Origin: Nitrososphaerota archaeon
Lineage (GTDB): Archaea > Thermoproteota > EX4484-205 > JAAOZP01
DNA: 64,000 nt
Reading direction: 5' to 3'
Assembly (NCBI GenBank): GCA_011605725.1
Contig: JAAOZP010000017.1
Location: 1 to 64,000, forward strand
Position numbers and translations under genes: made by a program. Below the pieces are notes generated by a model. It was not told the origin of the DNA, made no database searches, and worked only from the letters and a program-made list of their open reading frames with translations. Shown here one piece after another: positions 28,493 through 38,172 of this stretch. Every line of letters begins with the position of its first letter. The first letter of the stretch is position 1.

Positions 28493-29443
28493 ATGAAAGA
28501 CAGGCTGTGGCGCGGCATACACGTGTTGGCGAACAGCAATAGTGATGTTGACGCTTTGGCTAATGAGGCTCCTGAGCTAGCAGGCCTCGGCGTGAATGTT
28601 CTCATCGTTGAAGTAGATTACAATTATGCTTATTCCTCTCACCCTGAGCTACGTGGCCCAGATCCTATAACCTTTGACCATGCAAAGACCCTGGTTGAAG
28701 AGTGTCGTTCACACGGCATCCGCTTGATCCCGCAGTTCCAGTGTCTGGGACACCAGTCTTGGGGTAAAACGACTTTCCCGCTTCTAGCCAGGTATCCTGA
28801 ATTCGACGAGACCCCTGGCCAGTTTCCCAATAACGAGGGGATTTACTGTCGGAGCTGGTGTCCCCAGCATCCTGGGGTTAACAGGATTGTTTTCAGGCTT
28901 TTCGACGAGCTTATAGACGTTTTTGAAGCTGATGCGTTGCACGTTGGGATGGACGAGGTCTTTCTCATAGCTTCAGAGCATTGCCCACGCTGCCGAGGCC
29001 AGAGTCCAAGCAGGCTTTTCGCAAAGGCTGCTAACGATTACTATGAGCATTTGAGGGAGCGCGGGGTTGAGACGTTGATGTGGGGCGACCGCTTGCTAGG
29101 GAGTAAAGCCACCGGATACGGAATGTGGGAGGCCTCTGAGAACCAGACTCACCCAGCGGTCGACATGATTCCTAGGAGCATAGTGTTATGCGACTGGCAC
29201 TATACTCTGCGCGAAGACTATCCCTCAATACCGTTTTTCCTTGAAAAGGGTTTCCTCGTCCTGCCGAGCGGCTGGAAGGATGTTGACGCGACTAAAGCGT
29301 TCATAAGGTTCTCGCAGAGATTCATGAATAATGAACGACTACTCGGCTACCTATGCACTACTTGGGGTGCTGTTAAGCCCGGGAGCCTTGCAGAGTGGCC
29401 GCCCATCCGGGTGGCGATGGAAATGCTTCAAAATGAAAACTAG
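28493..29443 (+). CDS. GH20-like glycoside hydrolase (hexosaminidase-like catalytic domain)
   Basis: IPQFQCLGH, HVGMDE catalytic pair, MWGD, CDWHY, TTW. Confidence 0.82.
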   Translation: MKDRLWRGIHVLANSNSDVDALANEAPELAGLGVNVLIVEVDYNYAYSSHPELRGPDPITFDHAKTLVEECRSHGIRLIPQFQCLGHQSWGKTTFPLLARYPEFDETPGQFPNNEGIYCRSWCPQHPGVNRIVFRLFDELIDVFEADALHVGMDEVFLIASEHCPRCRGQSPSRLFAKAANDYYEHLRERGVETLMWGDRLLGSKATGYGMWEASENQTHPAVDMIPRSIVLCDWHYTLREDYPSIPFFLEKGFLVLPSGWKDVDATKAFIRFSQRFMNNERLLGYLCTTWGAVKPGSLAEWPPIRVAMEMLQNEN

Positions 29444-29506
29444 TCTCTTGTTGACCAGGTATCCTCGCGAGGTACAGTTATTAAGCACCCTGTTTAACAC
29501 TCGCAT

Positions 29507-30379
29507 ATGCTGAAAACCGGTACGAAGATCCTGGGACCCTTACTGCTAGTTATCGTATCGATTCTCTGGGGAACATCTTTCCCCATGATTAAAATGGTTG
29601 TTTCCAGAATAACCGCTGGAGAGTATGTTGTCTTCAGGTTTACGCTGTCAGTCCTTCTCCTACTGCCATACTTTGTTCACAGTCTCTTTAAAAACATGGG
29701 TAAAACGCGTGAAGCAGCGAGGCCAGGAGCAATTTTAGGATTACTCTATTTCGGAGGGATTTTCCTTCAGGGGCTTGGAACAGAGTATACTTCCGCATCA
29801 AACTCAGGCTTCATCACGAGCCTCTATATCCCTATGGTTTACGCTGTCGACGTTCTGCAGCGAAGATCCAACTATGATCATAAATTTACTCTGACGTTAA
29901 TACTGTCAGTAATCGGAATGTACTTGATGTCAGGAGGATCCTACGAGTCGAGAATCGGAGACCTAATGGTTTTAGCAGGCGCTTTCTTCTGGGCGCTCCA
30001 AGTCTTAGCGGTTGACAGGTTTTCGAAAAAATACTTCTCACTGGATTTAGTCTTCTTCCAGTATGCTGTGACAGCAGTCACTGGCCTTGCGTTTTTCCAT
30101 AATTCGTTAAGCGCCGGAAGCCTGGTTGAAGCCCTCCCGGTTCTCCTCTATCTTGCAGCGGTATGCTCCGTACTCGTCGGAGTATTACAAGTATGGGGTC
30201 AGAAATACACTTCCGCCTCCCAGGCTGTTCTAATCTATGCTCTTGAACCGGTTTCAGCAGCATTATTCTCCTTTCTAATACTGGGTGAGAAGCTTGGAGT
30301 AACTGAGTCAACCGGTGCAGCGCTGATTTTAATCTCAGTAACCATATCCCTGGGAGAGATGGCTCGTAGCAGAAAATAA
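29507..30379 (+). CDS. DMT/EamA family transporter
   Basis: LWGTSF, two 5-TM repeats, LEPV..LGE. Confidence 0.9.
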   Translation: MLKTGTKILGPLLLVIVSILWGTSFPMIKMVVSRITAGEYVVFRFTLSVLLLLPYFVHSLFKNMGKTREAARPGAILGLLYFGGIFLQGLGTEYTSASNSGFITSLYIPMVYAVDVLQRRSNYDHKFTLTLILSVIGMYLMSGGSYESRIGDLMVLAGAFFWALQVLAVDRFSKKYFSLDLVFFQYAVTAVTGLAFFHNSLSAGSLVEALPVLLYLAAVCSVLVGVLQVWGQKYTSASQAVLIYALEPVSAALFSFLILGEKLGVTESTGAALILISVTISLGEMARSRK

Positions 30380-30447
30380 GGTAAGGATGTAAAATGCTAT
30401 TTGAAAAATCTGGTGAGAACCAGGTGTTGAGGATGCTGCCCCTGTTC

Positions 30448-31287
30448 TTAAATCATTAGCTGTGGAAAATATTTCCTCAACCAGTTAACCGTCTCGTCAA
30501 TAGCCTTATCCACGGGCAAAGAGTGGCCGGAGTCATGCACGACTAGCTGCTTCGGCTCCCCAGCTTTCTCAAACAACTTCATACCGTTTTTAAAAGGAAC
30601 AATATCATCATGCTTCCCAAGCTGGATTAGAAGTGGTCGTGGAGACACCTTATCAATATAGTTTATCGGGTCTACTGGAGCCAGAAACGGTTTAACAATG
30701 TTAATCAGTTCAGGAGGTATTTTACTCCTGAGTTCAACCAGCATCGGTACTCTGCTTTCAGAAATTATTTCAAAAAGATCCCCGCCTGGAACGTAAAGCG
30801 CAGCACCACTAACCCTCTTGTCCACCCCAGCCACTACACCTCCAAGTATTCCCCCCATGCTCACCCCCGCAAGTATAAGCTTCCCCTCCTCAACCCAATG
30901 GTTTCTGAAAGCAATATCTATAGCAAGCCTATTGTCAACAATGGTTTTACCTAAGTATTCGATTAGCAGCTCCGGCCTGATTTTTTCAGGATCCAGTTTC
31001 CTCTCTCCATGACCCCTGGCGTCAACAGCCATTATTGAGAAGCAGAATTTTTCCACGAATGCTTTGAAGTATAGAACATCCTCCTTACTGCCGCCCAGGC
31101 CATGTAGGAAAAGCAGTAGTTTTCCAGACGGGCCTGCTGGGTGGTGTGCAGCCAATCCCGGAATATCCTCGTCGAACCCAGTTATTCTAAACCTGTTTAA
31201 AACAACTCCCTCCCTGGCTTCCCTGCCTACTTCAAAATAGCTGATTCTCCCACGGGCCTTCTCGTAAGCCTCATCGTGAGACTCCAT
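30448..31287 (-). CDS. Alpha/beta hydrolase
   Basis: HGLGG, DARGHG, GVSMG nucleophile elbow, DDIV, SGH. Confidence 0.88.
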   Translation of the reverse strand: MESHDEAYEKARGRISYFEVGREAREGVVLNRFRITGFDEDIPGLAAHHPAGPSGKLLLFLHGLGGSKEDVLYFKAFVEKFCFSIMAVDARGHGERKLDPEKIRPELLIEYLGKTIVDNRLAIDIAFRNHWVEEGKLILAGVSMGGILGGVVAGVDKRVSGAALYVPGGDLFEIISESRVPMLVELRSKIPPELINIVKPFLAPVDPINYIDKVSPRPLLIQLGKHDDIVPFKNGMKLFEKAGEPKQLVVHDSGHSLPVDKAIDETVNWLRKYFPQLMI

Positions 31288-31359
31288 GCCACCAACATTC
31301 TTCCCAGAGGCTAATAAAGGTTACAGTATTCACTCTAGTTTGAAACACGTGTCCACAGA

Positions 31360-32058
31360 CTAGGCTAAAACATTCAGAACCGAGAATGCTTCAGGCGCGA
31401 AAAAATAGAACAGTATAAGAATCAGGAAAGCAGAAACCGGAACAGTTATGTTATCGTCTATAGGGCCGAACTCGAAATGCTCAATAATGCTGCTAAACAG
31501 CCCGGCGACGACGCCCGGCAGCGCAAGCTTCAACCCTATCACGACGTTGACGACAGCCATAGCCAGGTTTCCCCACCAAGACTTAGTACGTCTCTTAAAC
31601 ATAGCGTTCCTAACAAGCCCGGTTACAGCATCCCCCAGAGCCATGAACATTATGGGTATTACTCCAAACCAAAAGTCTCCGCCTGTGAGAAGCCAGCCTG
31701 CAGTCAGTATCAGCCCCCAGCTTAAGCAGAAATGAACCTCGTAAGCATTATCATTCGTCTGAAACCAGTACATAGGCTTTTTAAGAAGGTGTGGGATGAG
31801 TGTGAAAACCCCTAGAACCATTGAGAGGACTAATGGGTAGAACGGTGTGCTGAAAGCGAAGGGTACAAGGTAACCTATTAATCCGCCTGCAAGAATATGG
31901 ATAATCTTCCTGTTATAGTAGACTGCTACTCCTTCAGGAACCTTCTTAACGAGTATCTTGTAGGACAGGTAGGTTAAGACCCCGACGACGAATAATACCC
32001 ATATAAAGAATACTAGTGCACGCAGTCCTTCTACCAGTAATGTTTCTGCTTCAAGCAA
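31360..32058 (-). CDS. Dolichol/phytol kinase family membrane protein
   Basis: NRKIIH, GDAVTG, KSWWG, DDNITVP. Confidence 0.85.
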   Translation of the reverse strand: MLEAETLLVEGLRALVFFIWVLFVVGVLTYLSYKILVKKVPEGVAVYYNRKIIHILAGGLIGYLVPFAFSTPFYPLVLSMVLGVFTLIPHLLKKPMYWFQTNDNAYEVHFCLSWGLILTAGWLLTGGDFWFGVIPIMFMALGDAVTGLVRNAMFKRRTKSWWGNLAMAVVNVVIGLKLALPGVVAGLFSSIIEHFEFGPIDDNITVPVSAFLILILFYFFAPEAFSVLNVLA

Positions 32059-32178
32059 ATTGTCTAGCTTCTTTTTTTAGGCTATAAAACTGTTTTTCGT
32101 CAGAGATAAGATTTTAACGACATTTGTCTAACTGCTTCATTAGGGAAGAACAATTCCCCTTTTTATTGGCATAAATCT

Positions 32179-32640
32179 CTAAATAGGGATATTGAAATCC
32201 TCTTTAACCACGGTTAAGACGAAATGAGTATTGGTCCTCTCAACGTTCGGCATTGAGAGAATTCTCTTTGTAAACCTGCTTAACTCAGCCGGGTTCCTAA
32301 ACTTGCTTATCACTATGGCGTCAACATCCCCAGTGACATCGTAAACAGCGCACACACCTGGCAGCTCAGCCAGCTTCTTCTCCACCTCCACGAGTTTACC
32401 TTTTGAAACCCTTATCTCAGTAACACTGGTAACTGAGAACCCGAGTTTCTCGTAATCAACGCTTAAAGTATACTTTTTCAAAACCTTGTTTTCCTCCATT
32501 CTTCTAATTCTTGCTAGAACCGTTCCAGGAGCGACTCCAAGCTCGTTAGCTATTTTCCTGTAGGACATTCTGGAATCAGTCATAAGCTGCCTGAGTATCT
32601 TCAGGTCCAGTTCATCCAAGGCTGGCTCCGTTGAAGACAT
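32179..32640 (-). CDS. Lrp/AsnC transcriptional regulator
   Basis: HTH plus RAM domain (YDVTGDVD, RTNT). Confidence 0.93.
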   Translation of the reverse strand: MSSTEPALDELDLKILRQLMTDSRMSYRKIANELGVAPGTVLARIRRMEENKVLKKYTLSVDYEKLGFSVTSVTEIRVSKGKLVEVEKKLAELPGVCAVYDVTGDVDAIVISKFRNPAELSRFTKRILSMPNVERTNTHFVLTVVKEDFNIPI

Positions 32641-32669
32641 GACTAACCATACTAGTGTAAGGTTATAGG

Positions 32670-33887
32670 TTATAAAAGTTTACTAACCATGCTGTTCAAC
32701 TTTTCAAGGAAGCCATGCAGAATGTTTTCATACTCTGTTAAGTCTCTTCCACCCGGATAGTTAACATATTCGCAGACATGCGAGACTTCGAACCCAGCTT
32801 CGCCAAGCTTTGATGAAAGCTGGTTTGCCGCAGTCCCTCCCCAAAGCTTCGTCACAGTCACCGCTGCAAGTTTTCCACTACCGATCTTCTTTATCCGGAG
32901 AAGCTCGACAATGCTGCTTAAAGGGGGAAACACGTTCCCCTCGTAGGTTGGCGTTATGAAGATTACCCCTGCCGAATCAACTACGTCGGTTAAAACATTA
33001 TTTACACTGCTGACCACAGCGTTATGGACAGCAACCTCGTCAACCATATTCTTAACGACTTCGCATGCGTATTTCGCAAGCTGCTCCGTTAAACCGTACA
33101 TAGAACCATATATAATCGTTACCTTCTTCCTACTCTTTAGCGTGCACCAGGAGGTTAACTCCTTAATAAATTCAGGTATCCTGCTTCTTAAAACAATTCC
33201 ATGGGACGGAGCAATCATCCTCAGGTTTAAACCAAGTTTTCCAATCTTGTCTAATGCCCTCATAACCATTTGTCTGTATGCTGCAACGACTGTTGCAAAA
33301 TACTCCTTAGCACTAAGCATGTATTGCTCGAAGTCGCACTCATCGTCGAAAACAGGCTTCTCTAAAGCGCCGAATGCTCCGAAAGCATCGGAGCTAAACA
33401 GGATACCCTCGTCCTCAAGATAAAGGAACATGGTGTCGGGCCAGTGTATCCAAGGAAGCTCGATAACCCGAAGCTTTCTTCCACCGACTCTTATAGTATC
33501 GCCATCTTTAACAATCCCTGTTTCAACGTTAAACATACTCTTCATGAAAGAGGAGGCTCTTAACGTGGAGTATAATGCGGGGTTACCTATTCTTTTTGAA
33601 ATCTCGCCTATAAGACCACTATGATCAGGCTCCGAATGTAAAACGGCTATATGCTTTATTCGATTCAAACCCGAGACCTGATTTAGAAGGCGCAATATTT
33701 CTTCAACATTATAGACGTTTTTAGAAGAATCTATTAAAAGATACTCATCGTCGTCAGCAACCAAGTAAGAATTGTAGTTAACTCCGCTAGGTATTGGCCA
33801 CATGTTCTCGAAAAGCCTAGTGTTAACGTCAGGTATGCTCAGCCAATAAACCCCTCTGCCAATAATCCTCCAAGACGGTGTGTACAT
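32670..33887 (-). CDS. FprA-type flavodiiron protein
   Basis: YNSYL, HSEPDHSG, HWPD, SSDAFG, PSHG; flavodoxin domain YGSMYGLT. Confidence 0.92.
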   Translation of the reverse strand: MYTPSWRIIGRGVYWLSIPDVNTRLFENMWPIPSGVNYNSYLVADDDEYLLIDSSKNVYNVEEILRLLNQVSGLNRIKHIAVLHSEPDHSGLIGEISKRIGNPALYSTLRASSFMKSMFNVETGIVKDGDTIRVGGRKLRVIELPWIHWPDTMFLYLEDEGILFSSDAFGAFGALEKPVFDDECDFEQYMLSAKEYFATVVAAYRQMVMRALDKIGKLGLNLRMIAPSHGIVLRSRIPEFIKELTSWCTLKSRKKVTIIYGSMYGLTEQLAKYACEVVKNMVDEVAVHNAVVSSVNNVLTDVVDSAGVIFITPTYEGNVFPPLSSIVELLRIKKIGSGKLAAVTVTKLWGGTAANQLSSKLGEAGFEVSHVCEYVNYPGGRDLTEYENILHGFLEKLNSMVSKLL

Positions 33888-33900
33888 GCTAAACCTTTTT

Positions 33901-35193
33901 TTAAAAACGCTTTAAAAGGTTTCTCCGAATCGGAGCCTTAACAAAGCCCCGGGGCTTTTGCCTAACCCCAGTCAAGATAAAAACGCTAACCATGAGGAAA
34001 AACGCGGAGGCCAAGAAAGCCGAGTCATATCCATGAGTCTCAATAATCAAGCCTCCGACGATAGGAGCAATCGCCTGAGGGATTGCTCTCAAGGCGCTGT
34101 TTAAACCTATGTATGTTGGCCTATCTTCCTCCGGAGCCATCTCCATCAGGAATGGGAAGCTTGAAACCATGAATGAACTGAAAGACGCTCCTGAGAGAGC
34201 AAACACCAGCATGAAGTAGCTTGTTGAAGAGGAGGCAAGCGCAGTGATGGTTGCTAAGATTCCAGCCATGTTCCCCGCTATAAGAACAGTCTTATGGCCA
34301 TATTTCTCCTGAATAAGCCCCCAGAGGATGTTGGTGAGTATCTGCGCCCCTACAAGGACTGATGTGAATAAGCCTATTTCGAAGCTGCTTGCCTTAAACC
34401 TATCTATAGCGTATGCCGTGTAGAATGAAGAGGCTATGGCTCCGAAGGAACCGATTATTCCTGAGAACGTGTAAAACATGTAGTTTCTGTCATTCTTAAT
34501 AATCCTCGGGATCTTGCTGAAGTATTCTCTGACGTCACGCTGGTTTCCAACAGCGTTTGAAGGCGGCTCGTCTATAAACATGATGTCCAACCAAGATATG
34601 GAGACAAGTATGAATGCAGTCAGAAAGCACATAGCATAGTTAACTGGGTATTTGAAGAAATCCATGTAAAAAGCCACAGCAATACCGCTCGCCAACCCTA
34701 AAACTGATGAAGCAAAGTTTGCAGTTGCGAAGAAGAATCCTCTCTTCTCCTCAGGAATAGCCTTTGCAACAATATCTAGCCAAGCTGTGGTGCATAGTCC
34801 TGCAGAAACATTTATCGTAATATATGAAGCATATAGCAGCAGCAGAGTTAATGAAGGATCTTTTTCAGCAAGAAGTAGAGTTGAGAAGGCAATTATCAGC
34901 CACGGTATTCTTTCACCAGGAGTTATTTTAAGTAGAAAAGGCTTCTTATACCTCCTCATTTCTACTCTTCCTGCTGAAACCAGCTGGAAAAAATTCCATC
35001 CAAAAACCGATATTGTTGAGATCAGTCCAACAGCGATTTTAGAATCCGTTAGACTCATTACAAAGGCGGGGAGAACAGTAGTTATGGAAACGAAGTTCAT
35101 GGCTGAACCATACGCCATCCAGTCTATAAGCAGGATTAGAAGGTTTCTCCTATACCTTTTTTCCGAAGCCTTATCGCTAGGTGTCTCGGCCAT
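33901..35193 (-). CDS. MFS transporter
   Basis: About 12 TM helices, IPEEKRG and APEEDRPTYIG motifs. Confidence 0.88.
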   Translation of the reverse strand: MAETPSDKASEKRYRRNLLILLIDWMAYGSAMNFVSITTVLPAFVMSLTDSKIAVGLISTISVFGWNFFQLVSAGRVEMRRYKKPFLLKITPGERIPWLIIAFSTLLLAEKDPSLTLLLLYASYITINVSAGLCTTAWLDIVAKAIPEEKRGFFFATANFASSVLGLASGIAVAFYMDFFKYPVNYAMCFLTAFILVSISWLDIMFIDEPPSNAVGNQRDVREYFSKIPRIIKNDRNYMFYTFSGIIGSFGAIASSFYTAYAIDRFKASSFEIGLFTSVLVGAQILTNILWGLIQEKYGHKTVLIAGNMAGILATITALASSSTSYFMLVFALSGASFSSFMVSSFPFLMEMAPEEDRPTYIGLNSALRAIPQAIAPIVGGLIIETHGYDSAFLASAFFLMVSVFILTGVRQKPRGFVKAPIRRNLLKRF

Positions 35194-35292
35194 TTATGAA
35201 GCCTCCTTATAAAAACCGGATTTAAATTTGTTTTCCCGTTTCACCTCCACTGAAAAACTTATTTCATCCCTCCTTATAATGGGAATGATGGA

Positions 35293-35832
35293 ATGTCCTA
35301 TGTGAAAATTGGAGAATGCACCATAAGGCTTGTGAAAGGCGATATTACAAAACTGAGAGCCGACGCGATCGTTAACGCTGCTAACAGTCTGCTTAGACAC
35401 GGAGGAGGCGTAGCGGCTGCAATAGTCCGGGCTGGAGGCAGGATTATTCAGGAGGAGAGCAACAGGATAGTTGAGCAAAGAGGACCCGTGAAAGTTGGGG
35501 AAGCAGTTTACACTACAGCAGGCTCCTTACAGGCGAAGTATGTTATTCACACAGTCGGTCCAAAGATGGGAGAGGGCGATGAGGATGAGAAGCTTCGAAA
35601 CGCCACGCTCAACAGTTTGAAGCTTGCTGAGCAGTTGGGTTTAAGCTCAATAGCATTTCCAGCAATATCCACAGGCGTGTTCGGCTACCCTAAGGATAGG
35701 TGTGCGCAAGTAATGTTAAGGACGATCAGGGAATATGTTTCTTCAGGTGGAAAGATCAGGGAGATCATACTCTGCCTGTATGATGATGAAACATACAGGG
35801 TTTTTGAGGAAACACTCTGGAAAATGTTTTAA
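35293..35832 (+). CDS. Macrodomain protein (ADP-ribose/O-acetyl-ADP-ribose hydrolase)
   Basis: GDIT, NAAN..HGGGV, HTVGP, PAISTGVFGYP. Confidence 0.95.
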   Translation: MSYVKIGECTIRLVKGDITKLRADAIVNAANSLLRHGGGVAAAIVRAGGRIIQEESNRIVEQRGPVKVGEAVYTTAGSLQAKYVIHTVGPKMGEGDEDEKLRNATLNSLKLAEQLGLSSIAFPAISTGVFGYPKDRCAQVMLRTIREYVSSGGKIREIILCLYDDETYRVFEETLWKMF

Positions 35833-36013
35833 GTTTCTTGTTTAAGTATGTGGGATTGCCAGTTTGTCAACCCTGTTTTAGATATGTCTAGCGACTAAAA
35901 GCTTTATGAATTGTATTTAACCGACTAATGTTCACTCAGCTCCTTAAGACGTGGGAACCGCGTTAAAAAGTTTTATATAAAAAATCGGATTAGCGTTCAC
36001 AGATAAGACTGCC

Positions 36014-37099
36014 ATGAGGATTGGGAGAGGCATAAGGGTTAAAAAGCTACTTGGAGAGGGTGTTTTGAGAATACTCAGGACAAGAAACCTTGTTGACAAG
36101 ACTCTCCGGATTAAAAGAAACGGGGATTTTCTAGTCATACCTCTCACCATGGAGGTTCAGAGGGAGGAGTTGAGAAAGCTGGGTGTTGAAGGGGATTTGG
36201 TGGTTGAAGGGTTTGAGGAAGCCACTAGTACGCCGAGCCTGTTTGAAAACCTTAGAAATGTTTTATCTGATGACGATTTAAAGATCGTGCCGCGATCGTA
36301 TGATGTGATTGGCGACGTCTGTATTCTTCAGCTTCCTAAGGAACTGTATGACCGTCGCAAGATAATTGGAGAAGTGTTTCTAAAAACCATGAAGAACATA
36401 AGAATGGTGCTTAACAAGACTGAACCTCTTTCTGGCGAGTATAGGGTTGGTGGATACGAGGTTTTAGCCGGCGAAGGAAGCATGGAAACAGTCTACCGGG
36501 AGCATGGTTGCATTTTTAAACTCGATATTTCAAAAGTCTTCTTCACACCGCGGCTCTCAGCCGAAAGAATAAGAGTGGCCTCACTAGTTAAACCTGGAGA
36601 AGTTGTCTGCGACCTTTTCGCTGGAATAGGGCCTTTCAGCATAATTATTGCGAAGAAAAACCCTAGCGTAAAGGTTCATGCTTGCGACATAAACCCATAC
36701 GCCTATAAATACCTTGTTGAAAACATAAGGTTGAACAGGGTTGAAGACAGGGTTAAGGCGTATCTTGGAGATGCTAGAGAACTGTCTGAGAAGAGTTTGA
36801 AAAACGTTGGTGACAGAATTATTATGAACCTACCGATGAGCTCTGAAATGTATCTTGATGCAGCTAAGAATGCGCTTAAAAAACGCGGGGGAATAGTGCA
36901 TCTTCACGTCTTCCTAGAGAAAGATACTGATCCTGATGAAAAATATGCAAGGATTTCAGAATCGTTCAGAAGGCTTGGCTGCGAAACCAAGCTCTTATCC
37001 TCAAGAAGAATAAGGGAGGTTGCTCCCTTTAAATACCATTGGGGTTTCGACATAGAGGTTAAACCGGAAAACGCTGAGTTACAGGCTTCCAGTTCCTAG
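36014..37099 (+). CDS. trm5: Trm5/Taw2-family tRNA methyltransferase
   Basis: SYDVIGD, FFTPRL..ER, DLFAGIGPF, DINP, MNLP. Confidence 0.85.
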   Translation: MRIGRGIRVKKLLGEGVLRILRTRNLVDKTLRIKRNGDFLVIPLTMEVQREELRKLGVEGDLVVEGFEEATSTPSLFENLRNVLSDDDLKIVPRSYDVIGDVCILQLPKELYDRRKIIGEVFLKTMKNIRMVLNKTEPLSGEYRVGGYEVLAGEGSMETVYREHGCIFKLDISKVFFTPRLSAERIRVASLVKPGEVVCDLFAGIGPFSIIIAKKNPSVKVHACDINPYAYKYLVENIRLNRVEDRVKAYLGDARELSEKSLKNVGDRIIMNLPMSSEMYLDAAKNALKKRGGIVHLHVFLEKDTDPDEKYARISESFRRLGCETKLLSSRRIREVAPFKYHWGFDIEVKPENAELQASSS

Positions 37100-38172
37100 T
37101 TGGAAGCGGGTTCACCTGTCTGTATCAATAAAGATTTATTTAGGTCTATTTTGACAACAACTCTTCTTCCAACCATTCCAGATACCGCTTCATACTCGGA
37201 GGAATCATTCCCAGCGCATTCAATCACACCCTGGCTTGTTTTAACACGCGTAACTATTTTCCTACCTGCAAAAAGTGTGCTTAAAAGCTCTCCCTCCAAC
37301 AGGCCTTCACCCTCCAGGCTTATTGAAGCATCTTCAGGTCTGAATAGGAGAACCATTTTCCCGTCCACCTTAGACCCATGCCACCTCATCTTAAACTCGC
37401 CGCTTGGAAAGACAAGTCTGATGGTTTCCATGTCTAGGCGTTCAACCCTGGTTTCAAGCCTATTAACGAACCCTAGGAACCTCGCGGTTTTCTCCGTAGG
37501 GGGCTTCACGTACATCGTGTAAGCATCAGCATAAGAATCTATGACTCCGTCGAACATCGTGGCTATAAAGTCGCCCATGGCGAATGCTTCAAGCTGGTCG
37601 TGTGTAACATATATTGTTGTAATGCCCAGCTTCCTCTGAATCGTCCTTATTACGCTGGATATTTCTGCCCTTAGCCCAGCATCTAGAGCAGTAAGAGGTT
37701 CATCCAAGAGCAGTAGCCTAACTTCGAACGCTATCGCCCTCCCTATTGCCACCCTTTGCTGTTGCCCCCTGCTCAGCTCGTGGGGCCGCCTCTCTTCAAG
37801 CCCGGAGAGCTCAACTAGTTCCACAACCTCCTTAACCCGTCTACCGATTTCCTCTGGACTCCTTCCCCTGGCCTCTAATGGGAATGCAATGTTCTCCCTA
37901 ACATTGAGGTTTGGGAATAATGCTGGGCTTTGGAAAACCATCCCGACGTTTCTCTCTCTAGGGGGGAGACCAGTCACGTCTTTCCCGTCGAATAGAATTC
38001 TACCCGAATCAGGCTTAAGAAGCCCCGCGATTATTCTGAGCGTAGTAGTCTTACCGCATCCGCTGGGACCCAGAAGAGCAAGTGTTTTCCCAGGCGGGAT
38101 GCTGAAACTGACGCCCCTTAACGCTTCAAAGTTTCCAAACCTTTTCCTTAGATCCTGTGCTTCAAGCCTCAT
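37096..38172 (-). CDS. ABC transporter ATP-binding subunit (thiamine, ThiQ-like)
   Basis: GPSGCGKTT, LSRGQQQR, LLLDEP, TOBE-like tail; last gene of the TPP-riboswitch operon. Confidence 0.88.
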   Translation of the reverse strand: MRLEAQDLRKRFGNFEALRGVSFSIPPGKTLALLGPSGCGKTTTLRIIAGLLKPDSGRILFDGKDVTGLPPRERNVGMVFQSPALFPNLNVRENIAFPLEARGRSPEEIGRRVKEVVELVELSGLEERRPHELSRGQQQRVAIGRAIAFEVRLLLLDEPLTALDAGLRAEISSVIRTIQRKLGITTIYVTHDQLEAFAMGDFIATMFDGVIDSYADAYTMYVKPPTEKTARFLGFVNRLETRVERLDMETIRLVFPSGEFKMRWHGSKVDGKMVLLFRPEDASISLEGEGLLEGELLSTLFAGRKIVTRVKTSQGVIECAGNDSSEYEAVSGMVGRRVVVKIDLNKSLLIQTGEPASN